NCBI GenBank assembly: GCA_965261445.1
Contig: CBDHCW010000010.1
Span: 183,995-247,994, forward strand
Source: Dehalococcoidia bacterium
GTDB taxonomy: Bacteria > Chloroflexota > Dehalococcoidia > Lucifugimonadales > QGNO01
DNA: 64,000 bases
Direction of reading: 5' to 3'
Shown: piece after piece, positions 6,665 to 15,214 of the stretch
Numbering within the stretch: position 1 is the stretch's first letter
How the letters are laid out: every line of letters starts with the position of its first letter
Translations under genes and position numbers: made by a program
Notes under the pieces: model-generated
What the model was told of the DNA's origin: nothing
The model's input: only the letters and a program-made list of their open reading frames with translations
Databases searched by the model: none

Positions 6665-8113
6665 ATGGTTAGACAACCGAATACACCACTAGACGCGCAG
6701 AAGTCGATCACACTCAAGCTCAGCGAGCCAGTGATTAACTCGGAAAATCCATGGGCCGACGACCTCCTTGCCAGACAGCAGATTGCCACACGGCTCACGA
6801 ACCTTGTTGCCACCCAAGAGCCGCCGCTGACCATCAGCCTCCATGGGCAATGGGGAACAGGCAAGACCTTCATGCTCAAGCGCTGGCAGAAAGACTTGGA
6901 AGGTACGGGCTTCAAGGCTATCTACTTCAACGCGTGGGAAGACGATTTTTGTGACGACCCTCTCCTTGCGATACTCGGTCAGATGACAGAGACTTTCAAG
7001 GAAGGCAGCCTCAAAACACTAACTCAAAAGATAGTTACAACTGCAGTGACGCTATTCAAGAGGAATGCACTGAGCGTTTTGTCCAATAAGATCGGGATAA
7101 CGCTTGATACTGAGCAAAATGAGAGAGATCTCTTAAAGGAGTACTTCAACGAAAGAGCGACAAAGGATGAATTGAAAGAACACCTAGCGAAATTGTCAGC
7201 AGCAGTAAGCCATGAAACCAAACATCCCCTAGTCTTCATTATCGACGAGCTAGACAGATGCCGCCCAAGTTTTGCGATTGAGCTTCTGGAAAGGGTCAAG
7301 CACATATTCGATGTTCCGCACATGGTGTTCGTCTTTGGTCTCAACCGAGATGAACTTTCCAAGTCATTGTCTTCAGTCTATGGTGATATCAACACGGACG
7401 TTTACCTTCGACGCTTCTTCGACTTTGAGCTCAATCTCCCGGAGGCGGACTCTCGTGGCTTTGCCACACAGTTGATCGATAGGTTTCAAATTGCTGACGT
7501 CTTCCAACAACTTGCTGAGGCTGCCCGTGACCGAGCGCCCCTTCACGACTACGATAACTACAGAACAGTCTTCCCGAAGCTATGGGCCGCCTTGGGGCTT
7601 TCTCTTCGGGACATTGATTACGGCATCCGATTGCTTGCTCTTCTAGCAAAGAATGTCCCCGTCGGGGCCTTCACCCATCCGTTCTTACTCGCTGTTCTCA
7701 TAGCAATGAAGTTCAAGAAGCCTGAATTCTATCGTTCGTTGATATCAGGAAACTTTCGGACGAGCGAGATTATGGACTATATCGATGACGAAGCATCAAG
7801 GCGAACTTCGACCGATGAAGCTCTCTCTCGTCACTTGGATAGGATTGAGGGCTTCCTCTACTGCGCTGATATAACAAACCGTGACGACCAAAGGCGCGGC
7901 GAGAATGCCCGTACGGAGCTCTTGAGATTGTCGCAGGGCGATGTGGAATTTGGGTTTCAAATTGTCTCTCGCCGGGCGCAGAGTGCGGATCCAGAACATT
8001 ATTCACGGATTATTCAGGCGATTGAAGTTGGCGATGGACTAGGGATTACCGGCGATACATTCGGTGATTTGGCGACACTCATTGATGCATACCAGATGCA
8101 ATTGAGACGTTAG
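6665..8113 (+). CDS. KAP-family P-loop NTPase
   Basis: Walker A is LHGQWGTGKTFML and the KAP-type Walker B is LVFIIDELDRCRP. The gene starts 7 nt after hsdM and ends 10 nt before hsdS. It is visibly more A/T-rich than its neighbours. Confidence 0.85.
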   Translation: MVRQPNTPLDAQKSITLKLSEPVINSENPWADDLLARQQIATRLTNLVATQEPPLTISLHGQWGTGKTFMLKRWQKDLEGTGFKAIYFNAWEDDFCDDPLLAILGQMTETFKEGSLKTLTQKIVTTAVTLFKRNALSVLSNKIGITLDTEQNERDLLKEYFNERATKDELKEHLAKLSAAVSHETKHPLVFIIDELDRCRPSFAIELLERVKHIFDVPHMVFVFGLNRDELSKSLSSVYGDINTDVYLRRFFDFELNLPEADSRGFATQLIDRFQIADVFQQLAEAARDRAPLHDYDNYRTVFPKLWAALGLSLRDIDYGIRLLALLAKNVPVGAFTHPFLLAVLIAMKFKKPEFYRSLISGNFRTSEIMDYIDDEASRRTSTDEALSRHLDRIEGFLYCADITNRDDQRRGENARTELLRLSQGDVEFGFQIVSRRAQSADPEHYSRIIQAIEVGDGLGITGDTFGDLATLIDAYQMQLRR

Positions 8114-8122
8114 GAGTCAACC

Positions 8123-9433
8123 TTGAGCACCACGCCCCAATCCTATCCCGCCTACAAGCCCTCCGGCGTCCCCTGGCTCGGCGACGTGCCGGCCCACTGG
8201 GAAGTACGACGACTTAGGTCGGTTGCCGATGTGATCAACGGTGCCACGCCTTCCACCAACGTCCCTAACTATTGGGACGGCCACATCCTGTGGGTCACCC
8301 CAGATGACCTGGGTAGACTAAGGAGTCGTTACGTCACTGACAGCGCACGTCAAATAACGGAAGAAGGCTATAGATCGTGTGGCACTAGCATGGCACCAGC
8401 CAACAGCCTAGCAGTCTCGACGCGCGCGCCTATTGGCCACTTGGGAATCTTGCAGTCAGAGGGCTGTGTAAATCAGGGTTGTCGGCTACTGATACCGGGT
8501 GCTTCCATTCAGGTTGAGTACCTGCACTATACTCTCAGCACCGGCCGCTCTGACCTCGCGTCTCTGGGACGGGGCAGTACCTTTACAGAGTTGTCGCGTA
8601 CGCAGTTGAGTGCATTCCGATTCCCTCTCCCACCGCTCCCCGAACAGCGCGCCATCGTGCGGTACCTGGACTACGTGGACCGACGCATCCGGCGGTACGT
8701 CGCCGCCAAGCGGAAGCTCATGGCACTGCTGGAGGAGGAGAAGCAGGCCATCGTCAACCAGGCCGTAACCCGCGGTCTGGACCCCAACGTCCGCCTCAAG
8801 CCCTCCGGAGTCGAATGGCTCGGCGACGTGCCGGAGCATTGGGAAGTGCGACGGTTACGGTCACTCGCAAGTATTGGAACAGGTGGACGGGATACGATCA
8901 ACCGGGAGGATGACGGTCAGTATCCTTTCTTCGTGCGATCTCAATCCGTCGAGAGGATAAACACGTGGTCTTTTGATGGTGAGGCGGTGTTGACGGCTGG
9001 AGATGGAGTGGGTGTGGGCAAGGTGTTCCATTACGTCAACGGGATGTTCGACTACCACCAGCGTGTTTACAAGTTCAGCAACTTTAGACACATTGCAGGG
9101 AAGTACTTCTTCCACTACTTCAGGTCTACGCTACGCAATGAGGTCTTTCAAGGAACAGCGAAATCCACCGTAGACTCTTTGCGGCTTCCCATGTTGCAGA
9201 ACTTTCCAGTCGCTTTTCCACCCCTTCTGGAACAACATGCCATCGTCGAGAACCTTGAAGATACAACCGCCAGCGTAGACCCCGCCATCACCCGCGCCCG
9301 ACGCCAGATTGAGTTGATCGAGGAATACCGCACCCGGCTCATCGCGGACGTGGTGACGGGCAAGCTGGACGTGCGAGAGCAGGCGGCGCCTCCAGAGAGT
9401 CCCGCTGAGTGCAACGAGGGGAACTTACAGTGA
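8123..9433 (+). CDS. hsdS: Type I restriction-modification system, specificity subunit
   Basis: The start is TTG. There are two variable TRDs, each preceded by KPSGV(P/E)WLGDVP(A/E)HWEVRRLRS and followed by conserved helices (LPPLPEQRAIVRYLD and FPPLLEQHAIVENLE). Confidence 0.9.
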   Translation: MSTTPQSYPAYKPSGVPWLGDVPAHWEVRRLRSVADVINGATPSTNVPNYWDGHILWVTPDDLGRLRSRYVTDSARQITEEGYRSCGTSMAPANSLAVSTRAPIGHLGILQSEGCVNQGCRLLIPGASIQVEYLHYTLSTGRSDLASLGRGSTFTELSRTQLSAFRFPLPPLPEQRAIVRYLDYVDRRIRRYVAAKRKLMALLEEEKQAIVNQAVTRGLDPNVRLKPSGVEWLGDVPEHWEVRRLRSLASIGTGGRDTINREDDGQYPFFVRSQSVERINTWSFDGEAVLTAGDGVGVGKVFHYVNGMFDYHQRVYKFSNFRHIAGKYFFHYFRSTLRNEVFQGTAKSTVDSLRLPMLQNFPVAFPPLLEQHAIVENLEDTTASVDPAITRARRQIELIEEYRTRLIADVVTGKLDVREQAAPPESPAECNEGNLQ

Positions 9434-10110
9434 TAGACATAGATTCTGTTGATGAGCGCAGACGAAACGGAACGTTGCGGCCTGAAGTGGCTCACATCTT
9501 AGAGTTGGTTGAGCTCCCCCGACACATTCCTGACATATGTAGGATCGCAGAACGCCTTGCTTTAGGTGACAAGTCTGTCATCGACGATCTAACCGTTATT
9601 GACAGAACAATTCCCGGACTGGGCTTCGTAGACATCAACGAGCGAACTCCTAGTGGTTCCTATACTGGTGTGTATCAAATTTCAGACAGACCGATCTTCA
9701 GAGGAATCCAATACGTGGGGATGCATTTGGGCATGAACAACATTGAGTGGCTTTGTCGAACCATAGTTGAGGATTCTTGTTACCACCTTGAAAACAGTCT
9801 AAAGCGCCGATTGAGTATTCGTGAGGACCAGCATTGGTCCGTAGGTGTAATCTTGAACACTCCGCAGGGCAAGCGGCTAAATGGATCGTTGCGAAAGCCA
9901 TTAATCGTATTGAACCGAGCGGTGTATAACAGGGCGAAGCATACCATTGAGATGATTGATCTCAACTCGCATATGTTCTCAGCCGCGGACGCGATCGCCA
10001 TCTATTTGTGCTGTCGTGCGATGGGTGCGAAACTAATCGGTAAGTTGGGCCTCAAAACGAACTATGGAATCCCAATATTCCCAGAGATGGAACCTGATGC
10101 GGAGACGTAG
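9430..10110 (+). CDS. hypothetical protein with possible HEPN/DUF4145-like R-x3-N-x3-H motif
   Basis: The GTG start overlaps the hsdS stop (GTGA); an alternative GTG is at 9409. The motif is LNRAVYNRAKHTIE. The gene is A/T-rich relative to hsdS and hsdR. Confidence 0.5.
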   Translation: MIDIDSVDERRRNGTLRPEVAHILELVELPRHIPDICRIAERLALGDKSVIDDLTVIDRTIPGLGFVDINERTPSGSYTGVYQISDRPIFRGIQYVGMHLGMNNIEWLCRTIVEDSCYHLENSLKRRLSIREDQHWSVGVILNTPQGKRLNGSLRKPLIVLNRAVYNRAKHTIEMIDLNSHMFSAADAIAIYLCCRAMGAKLIGKLGLKTNYGIPIFPEMEPDAET

Positions 10111-10140
10111 GACGTCAGCAACCGAAAGAGAGGTGACCGT

Positions 10141-10389
10141 ATGACGGACTGGAGCAAGTGCCCGGCGGTTGAGAGCGTGCCCGGCAAGGTAAGCGGGGCC
10201 TGGGTGTTCAAGGACACGCGGTTGCCGGTGTCTGCCCTTTTCGGCAACCTTGCGGAGGGCGCAACTGTCCACGACTTCATCGAGTGGTTCGGCGGCGTGG
10301 ACGAAGCGCAGGTGCGGGCGGTCTTGGAGTTCGTAGTGCAAGACCTTGACGCCAAGGTCGCTAAGGTCTCGCATGCGACTTCTGTTTGA
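10141..10389 (+). CDS. DUF433-family protein (antitoxin-like)
   Basis: PGKVSGAWVFKDTRLPVSALFGNLAEGATVHDFIEWF matches the DUF433 pattern (GxP...GTRxPV...L..G.s...i). It is paired with the downstream PIN-like gene. Confidence 0.8.
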   Translation: MTDWSKCPAVESVPGKVSGAWVFKDTRLPVSALFGNLAEGATVHDFIEWFGGVDEAQVRAVLEFVVQDLDAKVAKVSHATSV

Positions 10390-10708
10390 CCACAATGCGC
10401 CCCGGCAGCTTCGCCCTCACCTCGTCGGTCACGATGTTGACGTGGCGGAAGAGCGCGGGTGGGCGACGCTTGTCAATGGTGAATTGCTGGACCGGGCGGA
10501 AGAAGCAGGGTATGAAGTCGTGATTACTGCGGACAGGAACATGCCATATCAGCAGAACATCGGGAGCCGAAGCCTCGCGCTGATCGTTCTCGGGGCGAAC
10601 CGGTGGCCGCTCATCGAGCCAAGGATCGAGGATATTCGCGCCGCCCTGGATGAGATCCAGCCCGGAGAAGTGCGGGAAGTCCACATCCCGATGAGAGGCG
10701 AGACATAG
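10373..10708 (+). CDS. DUF5615-family (PIN/Mut7-C-like) protein (toxin-like)
   Basis: MRLLFDHNAPRQL...VVITADRNMPYQQN is typical of the DUF5615 partners of DUF433. The ATG at 10373 overlaps the DUF433 gene by 17 nt. Confidence 0.75.
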   Translation: MRLLFDHNAPRQLRPHLVGHDVDVAEERGWATLVNGELLDRAEEAGYEVVITADRNMPYQQNIGSRSLALIVLGANRWPLIEPRIEDIRAALDEIQPGEVREVHIPMRGET

Positions 10709-10709
10709 C

Positions 10710-13700
10710 GTGACCACCGACACCAGCGAGAAAGGGCTTGAGCGCCTCATCTGCGAAGCGCTAACAGGCGCTGCCTGCGATCCGCCGCAGGCTGGTGCGG
10801 TCTATGAGCGGCCGGCAGAGTACGGCGTGGGCTGGATATGCGGAGACCCTCAGGACTACCACCGGGAGTACTGCGTAGACCTGACGCAGCTATCCGCCTT
10901 CTTGCGAGCCACCCAGCCCGTAGCCGCTGAATCGCTTGGCCTAGACGAGGACGGCCCGACCCGGCGCAGATTCCTGGCTCGGCTGCAAGGTGAGATAACC
11001 AAGCGCGGCACTATAGAAGTGCTTCGCAAGGGGATCAAGCACGGGCCACACCAGATCGACCTGATGTACGGCACTCCGTCGCCGGGCAACGAGAAGGCTA
11101 GGGTTCTATACGGGCAGAACCGCTTCAGTGTGACCCGTCAGCTCCGCTACAGCAACGACAACGCGCAGCTTGCCCTGGACCTGTGCCTGTTCATCAACGG
11201 CCTGCCCGTCGCCACCTTCGAGTTGAAGAACAGCCTGACTAAGCAAACGGTGGATGACGCCGTAGAGCAGTATAAGCGGGACCGCAACCCCAGGGAGAAA
11301 CTCTTCGAGCTTGGCCGCTGCCTCGCCCATTTCGCCGTGGACGACCACGAGGTGCAGTTCTGCACGCATCTCAAGGGCAAGGCGTCATGGTTCCTGCCCT
11401 TCAACAAGGGATGGGACGACGGCGCGGGCAACCCGCCTAACCCCAATGGCCTCAAGACCGACTACCTGTGGAAGCAGGTGCTCACCCGCGACGGTCTCAC
11501 CAACATCATCGAGAACTATGCCCAGATCGTGGATACGAGGGACGACAAGACCGGACGCAAGAGGCGAGAGCAGATATGGCCCCGCCACCACCAACTGGAC
11601 GTGGTGCGCAGGCTGCTGGCCGATGCTTCCGGTAAGGGAGTCGGCTCCAGGTACCTGATTCAGCACTCGGCGGGAAGCGGCAAGTCCAACTCCATCGCCT
11701 GGCTGGCCCATCAGCTGATAGGACTGAAGCGGGACGATGCGACTATCTTCGACACCGTGATCGTGGTCACGGACCGCAGGGTGCTGGACAGGCAGATACG
11801 GGACACCATCAGGCAGGTCGCCCAGGTCGGCTCTGTCGTGGGTTACGCCGAGACCTCCGGCCACCTGCGTCGGCTGCTCCAGGAGGGCAAGCGTATAGTC
11901 ATCACCACGGTGCAGAAGTTCCCCTTCATCCTGGACGCCATCGGCAACGAGCACCGGGTCCGCAGGTTCGCCGTCGTCATAGACGAGGCCCATTCGAGCC
12001 AGGGCGGGCGGACGTCGGCGTCGGTGTCCATGGCTCTGGGAGAAGCGGGCGCTGAGGAAGAGGACGAGACCACCGAGGACAAGGTCAACCGGCTTATGGA
12101 GTCCAGGAAGCTACTGTCCAATGCCAGCTACTTCGCCTTCACCGCCACGCCTAAGAACAAGACCTTGGAGATATTCGGCACACCCGTTCCTGAAGGCGAG
12201 AATACGAAACACGTGCCCTTCCACTCCTACACCATGAAGCAGGCCATCCAGGAGCGGTTCATTGTCGACGTTCTGAAAGACTACACACCGGCGAACAGCT
12301 ACTACCGGTTGGTGAAGACGGTTGAGGGAGACCCGGAGTTCGACATGAAACGGGCAGGGAAGAAGCTGCGCCGCTACGTGGAGGACCACGACCACGCCAT
12401 CCGGCTGAAGGCGGAGATCATGGTCGACCACTTCCACGAGCAGGTGGCCGGCCTGCAGAAGATAGGCGGGCAGGCGCGGGCCATGGTAGTGACGAGCAGC
12501 ATCCGACGGGCCATCAGCTACTACTACGCCATTCGGGACTACCTGACGGAGCGCAAGAGCCCATATCAGGCCATCGCTGCCTTCTCCGGCGAGCACGAGT
12601 ACGATGGGACTAAAGTCACGGAGGCGTCCCTCAATGGCTTCTCGTCCAACCTGATCACCGACAGGATCCAGGAGAATCCGTACCGCTTCCTGGTCTGCGC
12701 CGACAAGTTCCAGACCGGCTACGACGAGCCGTTGCTGCACACGATGTACGTGGACAAGCCGTTGTCGGGAGTGAAGGCGGTGCAGACGCTCTCCCGTCTC
12801 AACCGGGCACACCCCAAGAAGCATGACGCCTTCGTGCTGGACTTCGCCAACGACACCGACACAATCCAGACCGCTTTCTACCCATACTACCGAACCACCA
12901 TTCTCTCGGAGGAGACCGACCCTGACAGGCTGCACGACCTAACAGCGGCTCTGGACGGCTATCAAATCTATGACCCGACCCAGATTTACGAACTCGTAGA
13001 GCGTTATCTTTCGGGATACGACCGCGACCGGCTCGACCCAATATTGGACGCCTGTGTCTCGGTCTACCGTGACCAATTGGACGAGGACGGCCAGGTCGAC
13101 TTCAAGGGCAAGGCGAAGGCATTCCTCCGGGCCTACGGGTTCCTAGCCACTATCTTGCCCTACACTGTTGCTGAGTGGGAGAAGCTCTCCATTTTCTTGA
13201 CCTTCCTCGTTCCCAAACTTCCCGCTCCCGTCGAGGACGACCTGTCGAAGGGGATTCTCGAAGCTATCGATATGGACAGCTACCGGGTGGAGAAGCAGGC
13301 TGTGCAGGACATCCAGCTTCCCGACGAAGATGCGGCGATAGGGCCGGTTCCCACCGATGGCGGAGGACAGAAAGCGGAACCAGAGATGGACCGACTCTCC
13401 AATATCATCAGGGACTTCAACGACCGGTTTGGCAACATCGAGTGGAAGGACCAAGACAAGATCGAGAAGGTGATTGCCGAGGAACTGCCCGCGAAGGTGG
13501 CTGGAGACAGGGCCTACCAGAACGCAATGGCGAACTCCGACCCGCAGAACGCCCGGATCGAGCACGACAAGGCCTTGGAACGGGCCATGGCAGACTATGT
13601 GGCCGACCCCATCGAGCTATTCAAGCAGTTCAGCGACAACGAGTCTTTCCGCCGGTGGCTTTCCGAGAGGGTCTTCGCCGCCACGTACTTGACACCTGCC

Positions 13701-13721
13701 ACACCTACGGTTGGCCAATAG
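10710..13721 (+). CDS. hsdR: Type I restriction-modification system, restriction (helicase-nuclease) subunit
   Basis: The GTG start is 1 nt after the upstream stop. The N-terminal nuclease core is DLCLFINGLPVATFELKN. The SF2 motifs are HSAGSGKSN, VIDEAHSSQ, FTATP and QTLSRLNR. Confidence 0.95.
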   Translation: MTTDTSEKGLERLICEALTGAACDPPQAGAVYERPAEYGVGWICGDPQDYHREYCVDLTQLSAFLRATQPVAAESLGLDEDGPTRRRFLARLQGEITKRGTIEVLRKGIKHGPHQIDLMYGTPSPGNEKARVLYGQNRFSVTRQLRYSNDNAQLALDLCLFINGLPVATFELKNSLTKQTVDDAVEQYKRDRNPREKLFELGRCLAHFAVDDHEVQFCTHLKGKASWFLPFNKGWDDGAGNPPNPNGLKTDYLWKQVLTRDGLTNIIENYAQIVDTRDDKTGRKRREQIWPRHHQLDVVRRLLADASGKGVGSRYLIQHSAGSGKSNSIAWLAHQLIGLKRDDATIFDTVIVVTDRRVLDRQIRDTIRQVAQVGSVVGYAETSGHLRRLLQEGKRIVITTVQKFPFILDAIGNEHRVRRFAVVIDEAHSSQGGRTSASVSMALGEAGAEEEDETTEDKVNRLMESRKLLSNASYFAFTATPKNKTLEIFGTPVPEGENTKHVPFHSYTMKQAIQERFIVDVLKDYTPANSYYRLVKTVEGDPEFDMKRAGKKLRRYVEDHDHAIRLKAEIMVDHFHEQVAGLQKIGGQARAMVVTSSIRRAISYYYAIRDYLTERKSPYQAIAAFSGEHEYDGTKVTEASLNGFSSNLITDRIQENPYRFLVCADKFQTGYDEPLLHTMYVDKPLSGVKAVQTLSRLNRAHPKKHDAFVLDFANDTDTIQTAFYPYYRTTILSEETDPDRLHDLTAALDGYQIYDPTQIYELVERYLSGYDRDRLDPILDACVSVYRDQLDEDGQVDFKGKAKAFLRAYGFLATILPYTVAEWEKLSIFLTFLVPKLPAPVEDDLSKGILEAIDMDSYRVEKQAVQDIQLPDEDAAIGPVPTDGGGQKAEPEMDRLSNIIRDFNDRFGNIEWKDQDKIEKVIAEELPAKVAGDRAYQNAMANSDPQNARIEHDKALERAMADYVADPIELFKQFSDNESFRRWLSERVFAATYLTPATPTVGQ

Positions 13722-13785
13722 ATAAGAGACATGGCCACCCCTTGCGGATGAACGGGGCTTCGGGTGGAGCGGGGAGTACGGCCGA

Positions 13786-13944
13786 TTACACCGCCAGAGC
13801 GAACCTCAACACCAGGGTTCTTGATTTTGTCAAGTTAGGTGGACAGCGGCGCAGACCCTGCAATTGAGGGTTGGCGGTGAGACTGCATGCGACAATACCG
13901 GCGGAAACGACTACCAGGGCGGCTGTCTGCCGGCGGTGTCTCAT
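13786..13944 (-). CDS. possible 52-aa signal/lipoprotein-like peptide
   Basis: Its ATG overlaps the TGA of the Cys-rich ORF (ATGA). MRHRRQTAALVVVSAGIVAC resembles a lipobox signal. The equivalent frame after the second Cys-rich copy is not conserved beyond ~13 aa. Confidence 0.2.
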   Translation of the reverse strand: MRHRRQTAALVVVSAGIVACSLTANPQLQGLRRCPPNLTKSRTLVLRFALAV

Positions 13945-14167
13945 ACGCTGCATCCACAGGCGCAGGGCGGTAGGGCCCTGACTCGCAGGCGGCGTTCGCG
14001 CAGCTGGTCGCAGCTGAGACAGGCACAAGAATCCTGTTTGTGCTGGGCGGACTCTGCCAGCTCATCGAGTGCCAGGAAGTAGCCTTGAGCGGCGCGTTCG
14101 CACGGCTCGCACTCGTCAACACCACAGGGGAAATCATGCTTGTTGGCCATAGGTCACTCTCCTGGCT
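13912..14167. repeat. copy A of a ~255-bp direct repeat (carries Cys-rich ORF A plus its RBS)
   Basis: It aligns base-for-base with 19111-19366 at an offset of 5199 bp. I counted 16 substitutions inside the 210-nt coding part. Confidence 0.85.
13941..14150 (-). CDS. Cys-rich small protein (C-x4-C-x2-C ... C-x-C-x2-C ... C-x-C-x-C), paralog A
   Basis: The protein is 69 aa with 9 Cys, and the SD AGGAGAG lies upstream. Compared with paralog B, 10 codons differ synonymously and 5 non-synonymously, and every Cys is conserved. Confidence 0.6.
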   Translation of the reverse strand: MANKHDFPCGVDECEPCERAAQGYFLALDELAESAQHKQDSCACLSCDQLRERRLRVRALPPCACGCSV

Positions 14168-14314
14168 GCCATCATGGTGATACAATTCAACTGTTCATGG
14201 CCCACCACCCCTCGCCCATGAAGTACTGGACTGAGGATTCGACCGTCTGTTGCGACCTGAGCGGCGTTTGCTCTCCTTGCGTCTGATGTCTCCTCGCTAC
14301 AAGTTGAGATCCCT

Positions 14315-15214
14315 CTATCTGGCGCTCCTCATCAGTCCGCCGTCCCTGAGCTGCCCCGTTAAGACAATCCAAAGGCAGAGAACTCCCAACGGGACCCATC
14401 CGAGGATGCCAACATAGCTCACAAAGAGCCAGTTTGGCCCACCCCAAAAGAGCAACAGCGTCAGGCTCGCGCCTGTGGTGTTCGTGGCTGAATGTCCCAG
14501 ACTTGCGGCCCAGATGCTTCCCGTCCTCACGCGGAGCCATCCAAAGATGATGGACAGCATGATCGCGCTGACTGCGAAGACCAGCATGCCAAGCATGGGC
14601 TGGTCAGGGAAGTTGTAGCCTCGTAGGTAAATTGGAAGGTGCCACAGTGCCCATATGATGCCTGTCACAACGGCGGCCCACAGCGGTCGATCACCCATTA
14701 AACGGACTTGGAGGTAACCACGCCAGCCGAATTCTTCACCCCACAGGATGGGGGTGACCACCAACGCTGCGATCATCATCTGTAACGGCAGAATGGCGAA
14801 GAGACCTGGAGGAAGAGAGGGGATCGTAACCCCCTCTGGTGCCAGTTCCGTCAGAGCACGGTCCAGGGTAAGATCTGGCTCGCTTACCCCCAGAGCTGCG
14901 GCTAGAAGTACAATCACCAATACTGCCGCGAGGGGCAAGCACCACCCGGCAAGGTAGTAGCGCCATCGCTCTATGTTCAACCCCAGTCCTGCATCCGCAA
15001 ACCCCTCCTGAGTCACCCACTTTCTCACGACAACAGCAGCAAGGGCTGGCGAAAGGGCTCCAGGTAGAATGGCGAGTTGAAACAGAGGACTATCGGGCGA
15101 CGGGCCCACCAGCAGGGCAATCTCCCAGAGCACCCAGGCCAGTCCGAAGGCGATCAGAAGGTATACGGCCACGCCCCTCTTGTTGGTATCCAACACCAAA
15201 GCCCCTACTGACAT
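14315..15214 (-). CDS. CPBP-family (CAAX/Abi) intramembrane glutamic protease
   Basis: It is a multi-TM protein with the motifs EEFGWRGYL, ALWHLP and HSATN. Its ATG overlaps the ATPase stop (TGATG); the ORF-track TTG start is at 15217. Confidence 0.85.
   Translation of the reverse strand: MSVGALVLDTNKRGVAVYLLIAFGLAWVLWEIALLVGPSPDSPLFQLAILPGALSPALAAVVVRKWVTQEGFADAGLGLNIERWRYYLAGWCLPLAAVLVIVLLAAALGVSEPDLTLDRALTELAPEGVTIPSLPPGLFAILPLQMMIAALVVTPILWGEEFGWRGYLQVRLMGDRPLWAAVVTGIIWALWHLPIYLRGYNFPDQPMLGMLVFAVSAIMLSIIFGWLRVRTGSIWAASLGHSATNTTGASLTLLLFWGGPNWLFVSYVGILGWVPLGVLCLWIVLTGQLRDGGLMRSAR

Noticed and set aside
11385-12935. Antisense ORFs inside hsdR (11385-11993 -, 12111-12935 -).
   Set aside because: The reasoning is the same. 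The hsdR frame carries all the helicase motifs and the antisense frames carry none.
13941-13952. The C-terminal ..CGCSV of the Cys-rich ORFs as a CaaX box for the neighbouring CPBP (CAAX-protease family) gene.
   Set aside because: The Cys sits at position -3, not -4, and the following residues are not aliphatic. Bacterial CPBP proteins are not known to need prenylated CaaX substrates.
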